DNA of 64,000 nt from Lama glama (lineage: Eukaryota), in contig CM052817.1 of assembly GCA_028534125.1 (NCBI GenBank), forward strand, positions 46,626,001 to 46,690,000, read 5' to 3'. How positions within the stretch are numbered: the first letter of the stretch is position 1; every line of letters begins with the position of its first letter. Below are positions 37,001 through 49,000 of this stretch, one piece after another. The position numbers and the translations under genes are program-made. A model generated the notes under the pieces. It was not told the origin of the DNA, did not search any database, and was given only the letters and a program-made list of their open reading frames with translations.

Positions 37001-40000
37001 CAGATTTTTAATATCCGTGGCCAGTTTGGCAATTTCAGAAAAGTTAGCTTTCGGTTGTTTTTTAGTCAACAGAACCAGTTCCCTGGAAAAAAAAAAAAGT
37101 ACATTTTAAACAGTATTTTGAATTCAATCCTTTCTAAAATTAATCCTAGTTCACCAAGTAACCAAAATAGAAACAGATTTACAAATGAGGGATGAAGAAA
37201 GTAATATGTTATAATTGTTTTCTATTTCCTCAGTGATAGAACCCAGAGCCAAACAGAGATCTAAGTCACCAAATGAAAATTATTCAGTTCAGAATTGTGT
37301 AAATATAGTCATTTTCATCACTTAAACTATTGCTTAAAAAATCTGAGTTGCTTAGATAGGTAATTTGGGAATTTATCTGACCTGACTTTTCAAATAAAAT
37401 TCTTTATCATAAAGACAATAATTATAGGAGGTTTGGTTCTTCCTTGCCCCTTTCTGTTGACAACTGAACAACATCCCTGAAATTTTTCTAGAAGTATGAA
37501 AAATGGGCCTGCCTTGTAAGGAGAACTGAGCTTCCAGGCAGCCCAATGTGTCCTAAATTGGGGAAGAAGGGGAAATAAGGAAGATGCATGTCTTCTGGGA
37601 TAAACTTGGAAAGAAACACAATCTGAGCCAAGAAAGAAGGGCCTGAGTAATATCAGATTCTTATTCTCCCCCTAACTCGCACTCCTCCATCCCTACTCCC
37701 CCCAAATAACCACTTGCTTTTTCTGCTCTAGGTGACATTAGAGCCAAAATCTTTCCTATCTTCCAAGAGAAATTTGTCCTCCAGCCTTTACAGTGCAGAA
37801 CAATTAAGTACTTGCATCTGAATATACAGAATCTCTTGTGCACTGAAGAAGAGCCTAAAGGACTTGAGATGATGGAGAAATTGAGGCAGGAGACGTGGGT
37901 GGAGATGAGGATCGTGCAATTTTACGCACAGCCCTGTGTGCCCTATCAAATAGGCAAGTAGTAGACATGTAGAGAAAGGAACCAGGTTTATACTGAGAGG
38001 CATTAGTAAACGAAATATAAAAGATTTTTCAAAGGAGTTTAATCAAAGAGGGTGATCCAAAGCAACAAAGTGCACAAATCTAAACAGGTAACTTACACCG
38101 CTTTTGCTACCTTGTGGTTGAATTTAATCCCAATTTCACATAAGTGGTGATGCCTCAAAGATATTTCTCTAATGTACTTTCTGATGGGTTTTAGCTGTAA
38201 TTAGAAAAATGACTCATCATCAAAGAAATATGGCAATAACAGAAAAAGTTCATCTCATCACTAGTAAAGAAGAGAGAAAAATAAAAATTGTGTATCTCCT
38301 CAAAATTAGAAATTTTTTATTGTCTTATCTACGAAGCCAAATGCAAAAGCATAATTTGGTGGAGTTGTTTTTTTTTTTTTTAATAAAATAACATCTCACC
38401 CAGAGATCACTTGTCCCAGAACTTATATATTTGGCATATAAATGAGAAAATGAGCAAACAAAAGTCCAAAGAGCCACTAAAATAAATTCCAATAATGTCT
38501 TACATTTGTATTCTGGTTTTATTCAAGTTACTAACTCTGTCATCCTGAACATGTCTCCAAATGCTTATCTAAAATACATGCTCGTTTTATAATATATATT
38601 AATTGGAGTGCCCCCCGAAATATTCATATTCTTTAACCCAGGATTTTGACTTTTGAAACTCTATTGCAAATAAGTGTTTCTAAACAAATAAAAACATAAT
38701 TATGCAAAAGGAAGAACATGCATGTTCTGTTATGGTAGCAAAATTTTGGAGACAAAGTATCACAAAAGAAGGGTGATGGTTAAGTGAATAATGGCACATT
38801 ATTTTGAAAAGATGTATACTTTTAATAAAAAGTATGTATATTTAAGTCTTTAATCAAAACTATATATTAAGTGTGATCACAACAATGTATAAAATAAAAT
38901 CTCTGAATGTAGGGGACTATATTCAATTTCTTGTAATAAGCAGTAATGGAAAAGAAACTGGAGATAAATATATGTGTGTATGTATATGTATAACTAAATC
39001 ACCTTGCTGTACACCTGAAACTAACATTGTAAATCGACTACACTTCAATAAAAAATAAGAGTAAAAAAAATCTATGAATGAAAAAAATGAATAAAAGGAA
39101 ATATACCAAAATCAGTATCTCTGTGTGGTGGGAATATAAGTAATATTTTAAAATTTTATTTTAAATTTATATTTATACTTTCACTTAAAACATGACATTG
39201 ACCATATATTATTTTCACTTCAGGTTTCAGCACCTCACCTATTTTTAAGAACAAGTTAGAAAATTTATATAGAGGCAATTTTCAAAGCACAAAACTGGCA
39301 CAATAGTCATTTATATTTTGTAATTATAAATATCATTTTTATCCTTATTTTGTTGTATTAGACTCTATTGAAATCAAATACAAACAAGCTTATCCACTTC
39401 ATAAGAAAGTCTGTGAAGACTTAACTCATAAACGGCATTCTCTGATCAGACACACTTTATACACACTTGGCTACGCAACTTACTCGGAGGAAGAACTTGT
39501 ATTAGCAGACATCCTGGAAGCAGCAAGACTGCAAACATCACAAAGACCTCTTAGCTAACTTAAAAGCATCTGCTTATGCTTAAATTATAGGGGCATTAAT
39601 TTCCTCTGAAAAGGATTAAGATTAAGAAAACTTTGTAACAGATTACCTTCAAACAAATAAACAAAAACCAACCCCCATGAAAAAGCTCATTCTTCAGAAA
39701 TGTCAGGTAACGAGACATGTCTGCACAATCACTTGTTTTTTGTTGTTTTAATAATATGAAATGAAAAGGGGGGAAAAAAGACTGTCCTGCTTAGGAATTC
39801 AGAATTGGCTTCTGGAGGAATTGGAGTTCACCAGGGAAAGAATGGAAGGAAGGTAATAAATATACATAAATAGCTTTAATGATAATAGCGATGATCACTG
39901 AGTACTTGGCGTATGTCAGAGACTCTTTCAATACATTATTGAATTTCTTACACAAAGCAGATGATGAGGAGAAGCTCAATAGGAGAAATAGGTTCAGGGA

Positions 40001-43000
40001 AATAGAGAAATAGGGGTTGAGAGGAATATGAGAGAAATTCTCACTGAGAAGATCAAAGAAAACAGCCAGAAAAAAGTGGCACTGCACTTAACCTTGACGG
40101 ATTTTTCAAAATGATTATCAAACTACTATTCATTTCAGTATGACCTTTGGGAAAATCCATCTGGTGCCCCCTCTAAAGATGGTTATTTTATGTTGATATT
40201 TATAAACTTTAATGAGCATGCATAAAAAGTACTTTTATCTTGGAACTAATCACTGATTTACATCTATTCAATAAAGGAGAAAAGGCCACCTGGTTAAAAT
40301 TAAGTGTGGTGAACTGTATTTTCCAAAGATAGCTACAAAAATATCTTCTATCTCATCTCTTCGTACAATGAGCTTTTCTTACAGTTTATTTACTTTCTCC
40401 TTCAAACTGGTGAGGTTTACAGTGTTTCAACCAATAATAGCGTATAAGAGAAGTAACTTTTGAGGCCTGGTCAGAACAGGCCATAAGACTTCTGCTTTAT
40501 CCACTAGAATGTTCATTCTTGAGACTTTGGCCACGTATCAGCAGTCTTATTCCCTGAGGCTGCCGTGCTGGAAGGGAGCCCAAACTAGCCAAGGCAGAGA
40601 GACCACGTGGAGAGGCACTGAGACGACATGAGAAGAAAGAAACGTTGAACCAACCCCCGGGTGCTTCAGCCCCTCAGAGTCCCAGATCCATCCATTGTCT
40701 GGCACATGAAAAATCAGGAGCCAGAATGCCCCAGATAAGCCTCTTCCCGAATCCCTGACCCATAGAAACCACGAGAGATAATAAATGATTGTTATTTTTT
40801 GAGACTAAACTTTGGGGTGTTCTGTTATTCAGCAATAATAACTGGGGTATTAAATCTTTATTAAGAAGTGATAGCTACACTAGATATGCTTCTCTCATTT
40901 TAAGGACTATATGAACTGCCTGAGTATCTTGTTAAAATGAAGTCTTACTTAGTAGGGCTAGAGAAGAGCTTCAGGTCTTGCATTTCTAACAGGCTTCCAG
41001 GTAATGCACCTGCCGGTGGTCCACAGGCCACATTTAGCAAAACAAGGCCCTGAAAAACAGTTAACGTAAGAGTATTTTACCTTTCTCTGGAAGCATTCGG
41101 TCTTATTTCCTTCTTGGCAACATGACTGAATAGCTGTTTCATAGCAAGCTGACATGGTCAGAATAGTGGGGCCGTACAAGAATGGGTGCTTTCTAGACGT
41201 TTCATACATGTACCTGTAATTTGACAAATACAAAGTTACATAATTTGGAATTCAAGAACATGCTCTGACACTGCATCCTAAAAACTTGGTGTTCATTTAG
41301 ATTTGTTGACCTGAAACTTGTAGAATTTCCTGGTGACAGAGAAGAGATGGCACTGTACTTAAATACAACAAATGTTCACTCTGGACAGGTCACTGTGAGG
41401 TTGGTCAGACATTCTCCAAGTGCCCATGAAGTGACCAACTGTACCTTCTGGGCCAGTAGGGGGAAAAAATCAGTAATTATTTAAGTAATTAACTAATTTA
41501 AACTCTTCATTTTTATAGAAGTAGTAGAAGGTCAAAAGTTCCTTAGTCTCAACTGATTATAAATAGATGATTGCACACCTGGTGAAGGGGAATTAAATTT
41601 GAAGCTATTGGTGGGTGAAGAGGAATCTCTAGATCATCTATAAGTTCTTTCTAGACTAGGAAGGTTAATGCCATTGTCCTCCAAGATGTGTCACTCAGTG
41701 CTTTGGTTTGCTGCTGAATCCCAGTCTTTATTTCCTTCTCTAATTCATTCTTCACACTCACTATAGAGCCTGGGCATCAGGTCTGCCTCTCACTTATAAT
41801 CGTATCTCCTCACACTATTCCACGAAACTTGTGCAAATCACTTACTCACCCCCTCCCCCGCCACATACACAAATACCCAGTAAAAGCTGACATTGCAGAC
41901 AAAAACTGGCTCAATGCTCACACAGACCCATTCTTATGCACACAGGAAGACTACTCTCCCAGCCCCCCTTGCAGTTAGGTGGGAACATCTAACTGAGTTC
42001 TAATCAATGAAATATGAATAAACATACCATACACCCCTTCTAAGCTTGGCTATTAATTACTTTGCATGGTTCCCTACTCTCCCTCTTTCTTTTTCACAGT
42101 AACCTTGGAAACACATGCTCCAGATGGTATAGCTCCAACATGGAAGCATCTTTCATTCCTGAGTTGCCCCTTGGAGGAGAGTTGTCAGGAGCTGAGCCGA
42201 GCTGAGCTGGAGAAGGCTGAGCTGCCGAGCGCCAGAGTAGCCAATGAAGACAAAAAGCCAAAATGAAAGTAAGAGTCAAGGATTTAACTACACACTGGGA
42301 TAGTGTAAGCAAAATGCTAAGCTGGGGAAAGCACTGACTACTCGCCCAACTTCACTTCCCCCGCTGTGGACCTGCACCAGGCAAGGTTCAGGCAGATCCC
42401 ACAGACATGGGATGGCTCAGTCCTGGGGGAGCCTCAGACAAAAGGCTCCTGCAGTTCTGTGGACCCTGGGGCAAGGGAGGAGGAGAGGAGAAAGATCTGA
42501 GTACTGAGTCAGAGGGCTGAAAACTCTCTCTAAGTCTCTTTCTCCATCCCCCCATAAGGAAGTCTCAGCAGAGTCACCGAGGAAGGCCTCTGTCAAAGGC
42601 CCCCTATTAAAAGGCCTCCAAATGCAGGCACCTTGACTCCCAATGCAGCTATTCATAGGCACACACCAGCCAGTCTTTGACTGCAACTTCTTCAGAGACG
42701 GTGATGCATTGGCTGTGCACCAATTCTGGTGTGAGGAGGGCAGCTCTCTCTTTTGAGACCTGTCATTTATAAATGCCTACTGTCAGGACTGCCTGAAAAA
42801 ACAAAAACATAAAACCACGCATAGGTTTTTAGCCAGGAGCCAGCCTCCTCAAGGGTCACCTAAGAGAACCATCCAATTTAGACTAACATGAGCAAGAAAT
42901 AAATATTTATTGAATTAAGTCACTGAATATTCTGGATTTACTTGTTACCACAGCATAGCCAAGTCCATCCTGATTATTATCATGTTGCCCCTAGTGAAGT

Positions 43001-46000
43001 TTTAAGATGTAATGTCTACAAAGTAAGCCTAAGTCACCAGAAAAAATGGCCCTGGTTCTCAACATTAAATGGACAATGAGGGAAGTGATAGATAAAGAAC
43101 ATCATCTCAGCGTTAAAGAGATAATGGGAAAAGTGACAGACAAAGAACAGAGACCAGGCATGGCATGCTGGTAGGTTCCTGCCGCCGCCCATTCCTTGGA
43201 TAGTGTCTAAAGCTTTATTCCTGCAACGTCCGTAACTGCCATTCCTCTTGGGACGCCAACTACGGCTACAATTGCAGCAGCCATTGGAGTCTAGTCTGAT
43301 GACAAGTTTGCTACTATTGCCTTCCCTATAATGATTGCAAAAGCAATTATAGCTCAAGCAAATGGCCAAAGAAGTGCCTGAAATATTTGACTAGGATCTC
43401 CTAGTTCTATAGAAGCTAGGAAACTAAATCACACTAAAAAAGACAGCTAGGGTTTCTGGGGTCAGGGACCATATCCATGCGGAACTTCATCAGAAGAGTA
43501 TTTCTCACAGCTCTCTGAGGCTTACAGCCAGATACAGACATGGCCAGACATTGCTCTAACGAAGATGGGAGACTTTGCAGGAGGCCTGAAACACTAACCA
43601 AGCCTCAGCAGAGACTTTATCTAGCAGCTCATATGTATAGCAATCCTGTGCTAGCATTTCCCATAGGTTAAGAGCAAGAAATCTTTTCTTGTTGGTGAGT
43701 GATCAAAACGGTGGCCACTAGAGTTATTTATCAAACAGTTCCACCTCCCCTCCTTCCAGTCAAAGGATAGGATTGCACATTCCCACCCCCTCTGAAGTGA
43801 GGCATGATAATGTGACCTGCTGTGGTTCATGATATGTGAGTAGAAACAATGAGTGTTACTCCAAATAAAGACTTCAGAGGCAATGCATGGTTTACCACCA
43901 TCCCCTCCCCTTGACACAGTAATCAAGAAGGCAAGTGTTGAGATGGGACCTCTGTCAGCAAGTCCCTCAGTGACTATGATAAGCAGACTTCCTACCAATC
44001 AACACTGGCCAGAGAGCATGTGTGAAAAATAAAACTTTTGTTACATTAAGTTGCTGAAAATTAGAGGTAATTTGCCAACATAGTGTAATTTAGCTCATCC
44101 TGGGATTATTACTTTTGCTTTTTAAAAAACCTATGAAGGGAAGATCATCCACAAGCCATGGACAGGGAAAACTAGATCAAATTCTGGAACTGAACTTATT
44201 CATTAGTGATTGGACAAGATTTAGAAAAGTAGGTCTAAGCTCTGTAGAAACAAACCAAAAAACCTTCTCCACTCTCATCAAGGTGTCTCAAACCTTACTC
44301 TTGAAAGTTCAGCCAATAGATTTGTTTCAGCAGCTTCTAAAGCCCAACTTGCAGAAAAAGAAAAGCAGAATTGATTATCAAGATACACCTGCCACCCAAG
44401 ATAGGGCAAAATTCTTGGTCAATATGAAATTTTACTGGAGCCATTCAATACCTCTGCTCTCTGTTGAGTATGCTGTTAAACTAAGGGTTCATTTTTGTGC
44501 TACAGTAACTTAGTTCCCTTAGAAGATATTTGGTATTGAACCAACCTAATTTCCAAAGGCAAAGTTTAACTTAGTATATGGAAAAGCTTTCTAATAATTA
44601 AAGTCACTTAAAAAATAGAATGTCCCTGTTGTAAGGTAACACAGCATCTCACTAAGGTTGGAAGTTTGATACCAAAGTCATGTAAATAATAAAATCTTAC
44701 AATAATCAAAACTGTTATTAAAAATTCCTTAGATAATTCAAAGGTACAGAATTAAGGTTTTGTGTATCTGTGTGCTATGCTATCTTTTGATAGGTCCCAA
44801 ATAGCTGACTTTTCCTCCAGCTTTGATATGTTATTGTTTCCTTGGTTAAGAATTAAATAAAATTGTTGGCATATAATTATACGGCAAGTAGATAGAAAAT
44901 TACTTTTCTCCTGAATATTTATAGCTGTATGCACATAAGTTAAAGTAGCATATAAAACAACTCTTTATTACTGACTCAATAGTAAGTGTTCAAGAAGAGA
45001 TTAGATTCATTGCCTGAGTATTGGTTAGATTTTGTAATCTCTGAATGTTCTACCCAAATCTGATTTTATAATTCTCACCTAGAGTGAATAGCACTACAGT
45101 ACAGAGGTAGCCAAGCTCATAGTTCAGTTTCTCATTTGGTTGCTCCTAACGTCAGACAAGTTGGAACTTGCCCAATCCCCTGTCCCTTAGTCCTTTCTCC
45201 CTGAGTGACTGAGGCCGTTTAATTCCTTTTGGAAGGCTCAGTAATCTCTGGGGCAATTCTGGCCCTGTGTGGGCGAATTAAAGGTGCTTATGTTATTCAG
45301 CATCAAGTCATCCTGTCTGCTCATTAATTTCTGGTCAAGAGTTCCATGTCTAAAATCTGAAATCAAATCACCACCATGCCTCTTGCACTAGATCTGGCAA
45401 TCAGATCTTTCCCATATTCCCGGTGTCCGAGCCTGTCTTGTAAGACAGCCAGAGGTGCCTTCCTCGAGAGCTGAAGCCTACACTTCTCTTGTCATTTCTA
45501 TCTCTCTTGGTATTGGTTTCCTGCCTCTAAGCCCTAGTCACTTGTTCACACTCCACTCTCAAAAAATAGACTTCTATGCTAACTAGCAAACCAAAATATG
45601 AGCTCGTCTTCCCGTTGGCTATAATGCTCTCCACTCCAGGTGGGAATTATACAATCAGAGTTCTTGAGCAGAAAACTCATCTCTGTCCAGTCTACAATTA
45701 TTACTTATTTCCAGGTTCCCAATGATGGGCTCTATCTCCATGGCTATCAGTTATTTATCCTGCTATCCCTTGGTGAACCCCCCCAAATACCAGCCTCTTG
45801 CTTGAGCTACTACCTGCTCTGTGTTCCCAGTACTCTATTTACTGTGCTTTGCCTACTTGACTGTGTTTTTCAACATCATTTGCTACTGGTCTGACCAACT
45901 TAACCCTTAGAGAGACGGGTTCTTTACAGATCCTGGGAATTTTTAATGTTTCATGGCACAGACAGTTTCGCATCCTCTTGGGTTCACCGAGACCATATTG

Positions 46001-49000
46001 TCATTCTATTGTCAGAGAAAAAATATATTATAGCTTAAATTTTTACTTTAAATCTTTGTAATAAAGCATTGTGTGCTCAGAGGCATTTACATTAAAAAAG
46101 AGAGAGAGAGATCTGTCTTCAAAATTAAAAAATACTCTTTTTCAAAGACCAGGCAAGGAAAAGTGGCTTACCTCTCTTTCACTGGCACTTGATTCTCTTT
46201 GTCCATCTCACAGATCTGCTCAGAATTTGGAATTTGGAATATATCACTGTAACCGTCATCATCCCTTTTGTGTAATAGGAAGCACTTGTGTCTTGCAGTG
46301 TTATTTGTATTGCAACAGTCAGAAAATACATGTTTGTCAGCTATTCCTTGGTTATTGCAAATATGCTGTAGGAAGGTGGTCATCTGTAGGAGAAAATACT
46401 AACTTAAAGGGAAGCATGTGTGGTCTACATTCCTAACCACAGGAAAGTTAGGGAATTACTACAAAGAAAAGGCAACTGAGTGCATAATCTTACACTCTGT
46501 ATCCAACAGGCCCTGGACATAGCTCTTTTGAACAAAAGCCTTTTAGGTTGTTAAGTCAAAATTCCAACATGTTGGACATTGGCCAAACAGGATTTATCCT
46601 TCTCTCTCTACCTATGTAAGTGCTTCATTTTCATACGGCTGAGAGCTATCAAAATAAACATAAGCCAAAATATCCAGGGCCCAAAGAAATCAAAGTATTT
46701 TTAATAAGAATCATTTACCAAGAAATAGATGATAGCTTGCTTTCCTTGCTTCTTCATTGTTTTTAGTTTGGTTTCCATAGAAACTTATTTTCAGAATTGA
46801 ACTCTGAGGCATGCGTATTCAGTGTCAAATATTCAAATGGAAATGTAATGATTCAGTTAGTTTTCAAATACCTTTGGAAGGCAGTAAATGTGTAGGATGC
46901 TGTAGACTTCAAATGACATATGTTTCCAGATTTGGAGGATAAGGGCAGGAAAAGGTCATCTTTTGAAGTGAAAATAAGGTGAAACTACTATAAAATAAGT
47001 GGGGCTGGCCACTGACAGAAGTGCTTCATTTAAAGTGTATCTCTAATAAAACCAATGATTTTTCTATGACTACTTAGAATCTAGATTAAAAAAGGTAGGT
47101 GTTAGTACAAGAAGATGGAGTGAAAAAAATACGTAAATAAAGAAGAAAACTATTCATTTCTATTTTAAACCGTTCACAGGAGAATGATTGATCAAAAATG
47201 TACAGGTTGTAAGAATATGTTAGTGTTTATCAAGAATTCTTTAATCACAAGAGAGACATACTTTCTAATAGATAATAGTAATTTTCAAGATTTTCTACTA
47301 AGTGGAAAAGAGTCTATAATAATATTGACTTTTTTCTTCTTTTTCTTATTCTCTTAGAAACTTTTCAAAATGAGTACTTCAGTTTCCCAGGAATCTTGAT
47401 TTGAAGCTCTCAAACAAGCGTATTCTAGTGACAGCAGCAGAGTAACCACCCTAAATTAACAAACGAGCATTCCAGGGTAATTCATTCTCTTGAGTGTTTG
47501 GTTCTCAGAGTCTTATCTCCCAGGTATGAACTGAAAAACTGTAGGTTTATAAACCAACAAAGATTATATCTTGAGGGTGTCTCAAGTACATATTGTTGCC
47601 TTAAAATCCCTTGCCTAATTATCCTATCATGCCCCCTCCTAACAACATCTTTTATTTGCAATTTAGTTTTTAAAAAAATAGAGAGAAAAGGGCAGACCAT
47701 GATTCACCTACCAGTTGGTGACAACATTCTGAAGGTGATTCATGTGGCTGGAGGCTCTTGCACTTCTCTGCAAGGTCTAGCAGCTCTTTAACGCTCGTTT
47801 GTACTTCTTCATAAGTCAATTTCTGGAGAAACTGTGTGACCATAATACTAGTGCTGAAACAGAACACTGGTGTGAATGCTGAAGATAGAATCAAACTTGT
47901 TTCCTCCACCAATCCTGTTATATCATTGCCCTACTCCCTGCCACCCAAAATTAACATTATTTTAAATTTCATACCAAAGAATATTGATAATAAAACTCAC
48001 GCATCTCTTAAGTTCTTCTCTAGATAATCCTGGTTATTAGTGTGCTGCATGGCTGGAAAAAGAGAGGTTTTTTTTTTTGGCAAAAGATGAAATTTTTCAA
48101 ACCAAAATCCTCTTATAATTCAAATCTATATTTATTCACTCATAAATTTCCAGATCTGTTTTTGTTTACATCATAAATCAGAACAAATTACAAGAATTTT
48201 TTTCCTTGTATTTAAACTGTGTTCTGTGAATAATTTATTTCTATTCAAATACATGATATAGTTGAAATGTATCATTGGCCTACAAATAAGTTGCACGTAC
48301 CTGTACTGACACTTCTGAATTAATTAAACTTGGCTTTTTGGTTATCTAGCTCTTTACATTAGGATTGACTAGCACACCCAAAGAATACTAAGAAAATTGA
48401 AGTATAGTATTAAGAACAGAAGTATAAGCATTAACACCTTGTCAGGCTTAATTTGGGAAAGACAGCATCTCATACATCTTGGATTCACTCATCATCTTCA
48501 TCTTCGTCACCTCAACTCATCACATACACATATGCATGTTCTCTATTGAAAGAAGTGGCTTCTCTCGTATACCAATAGCTTCTAGGGAACTTAGAGCTAC
48601 CTATTGAATAAAGAAACTATTATTATTTGCTATGTTAACAGGAAAAGGCTTTGGAGACAGCTCTTCTGAGTTCAGCAGCTAGCTGTGATACTTAATATGG
48701 TCTTGGAAAATTAACTTCAGCACTCAGAGTCTCTGTCTCTCTGGCTATGAAATGTAAATGAGTTCTACTACTTTGGGTGGTTGTTAGGATTAAACAAAAG
48801 CCTATGTGTGAAGCATTGAGTGCAGTGCCTGGCACGTAATAGGTACTGAATAATGTAGCTCATAGTATTATTCTTGCTACTATAAGCACATTGCAAAATC
48901 ATTTGTCCAATTTTAAAGACAAGTTGAAATGTATCATTCTCTCACCTAGAGTGGAAGTAAGGCAAAAATGAGACCTTCTTGTGTGTGTGTGTTGCCTCAG

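Noticed and set aside
42189..42232. GAGCT/GAGCC pentamers resembling an Ig switch region
   Set aside because: Only about 45 bp and within LTR-like sequence.
44115..44513. 132-aa + strand ORF
   Set aside because: Antisense in ARG intron 4 with a non-ATG start, no recognisable domain and no splice support.
46071..46436. 121-aa + strand ORF (likewise 28471-28793 and 55156-55365)
   Set aside because: Antisense shadows of real - strand exons.
48301..48350. Alternative candidate for ARG exon 2 (donor CAG|gtacgt)
   Set aside because: No good acceptor or albumin-like peptide; 48001-48052 fits size and phase.
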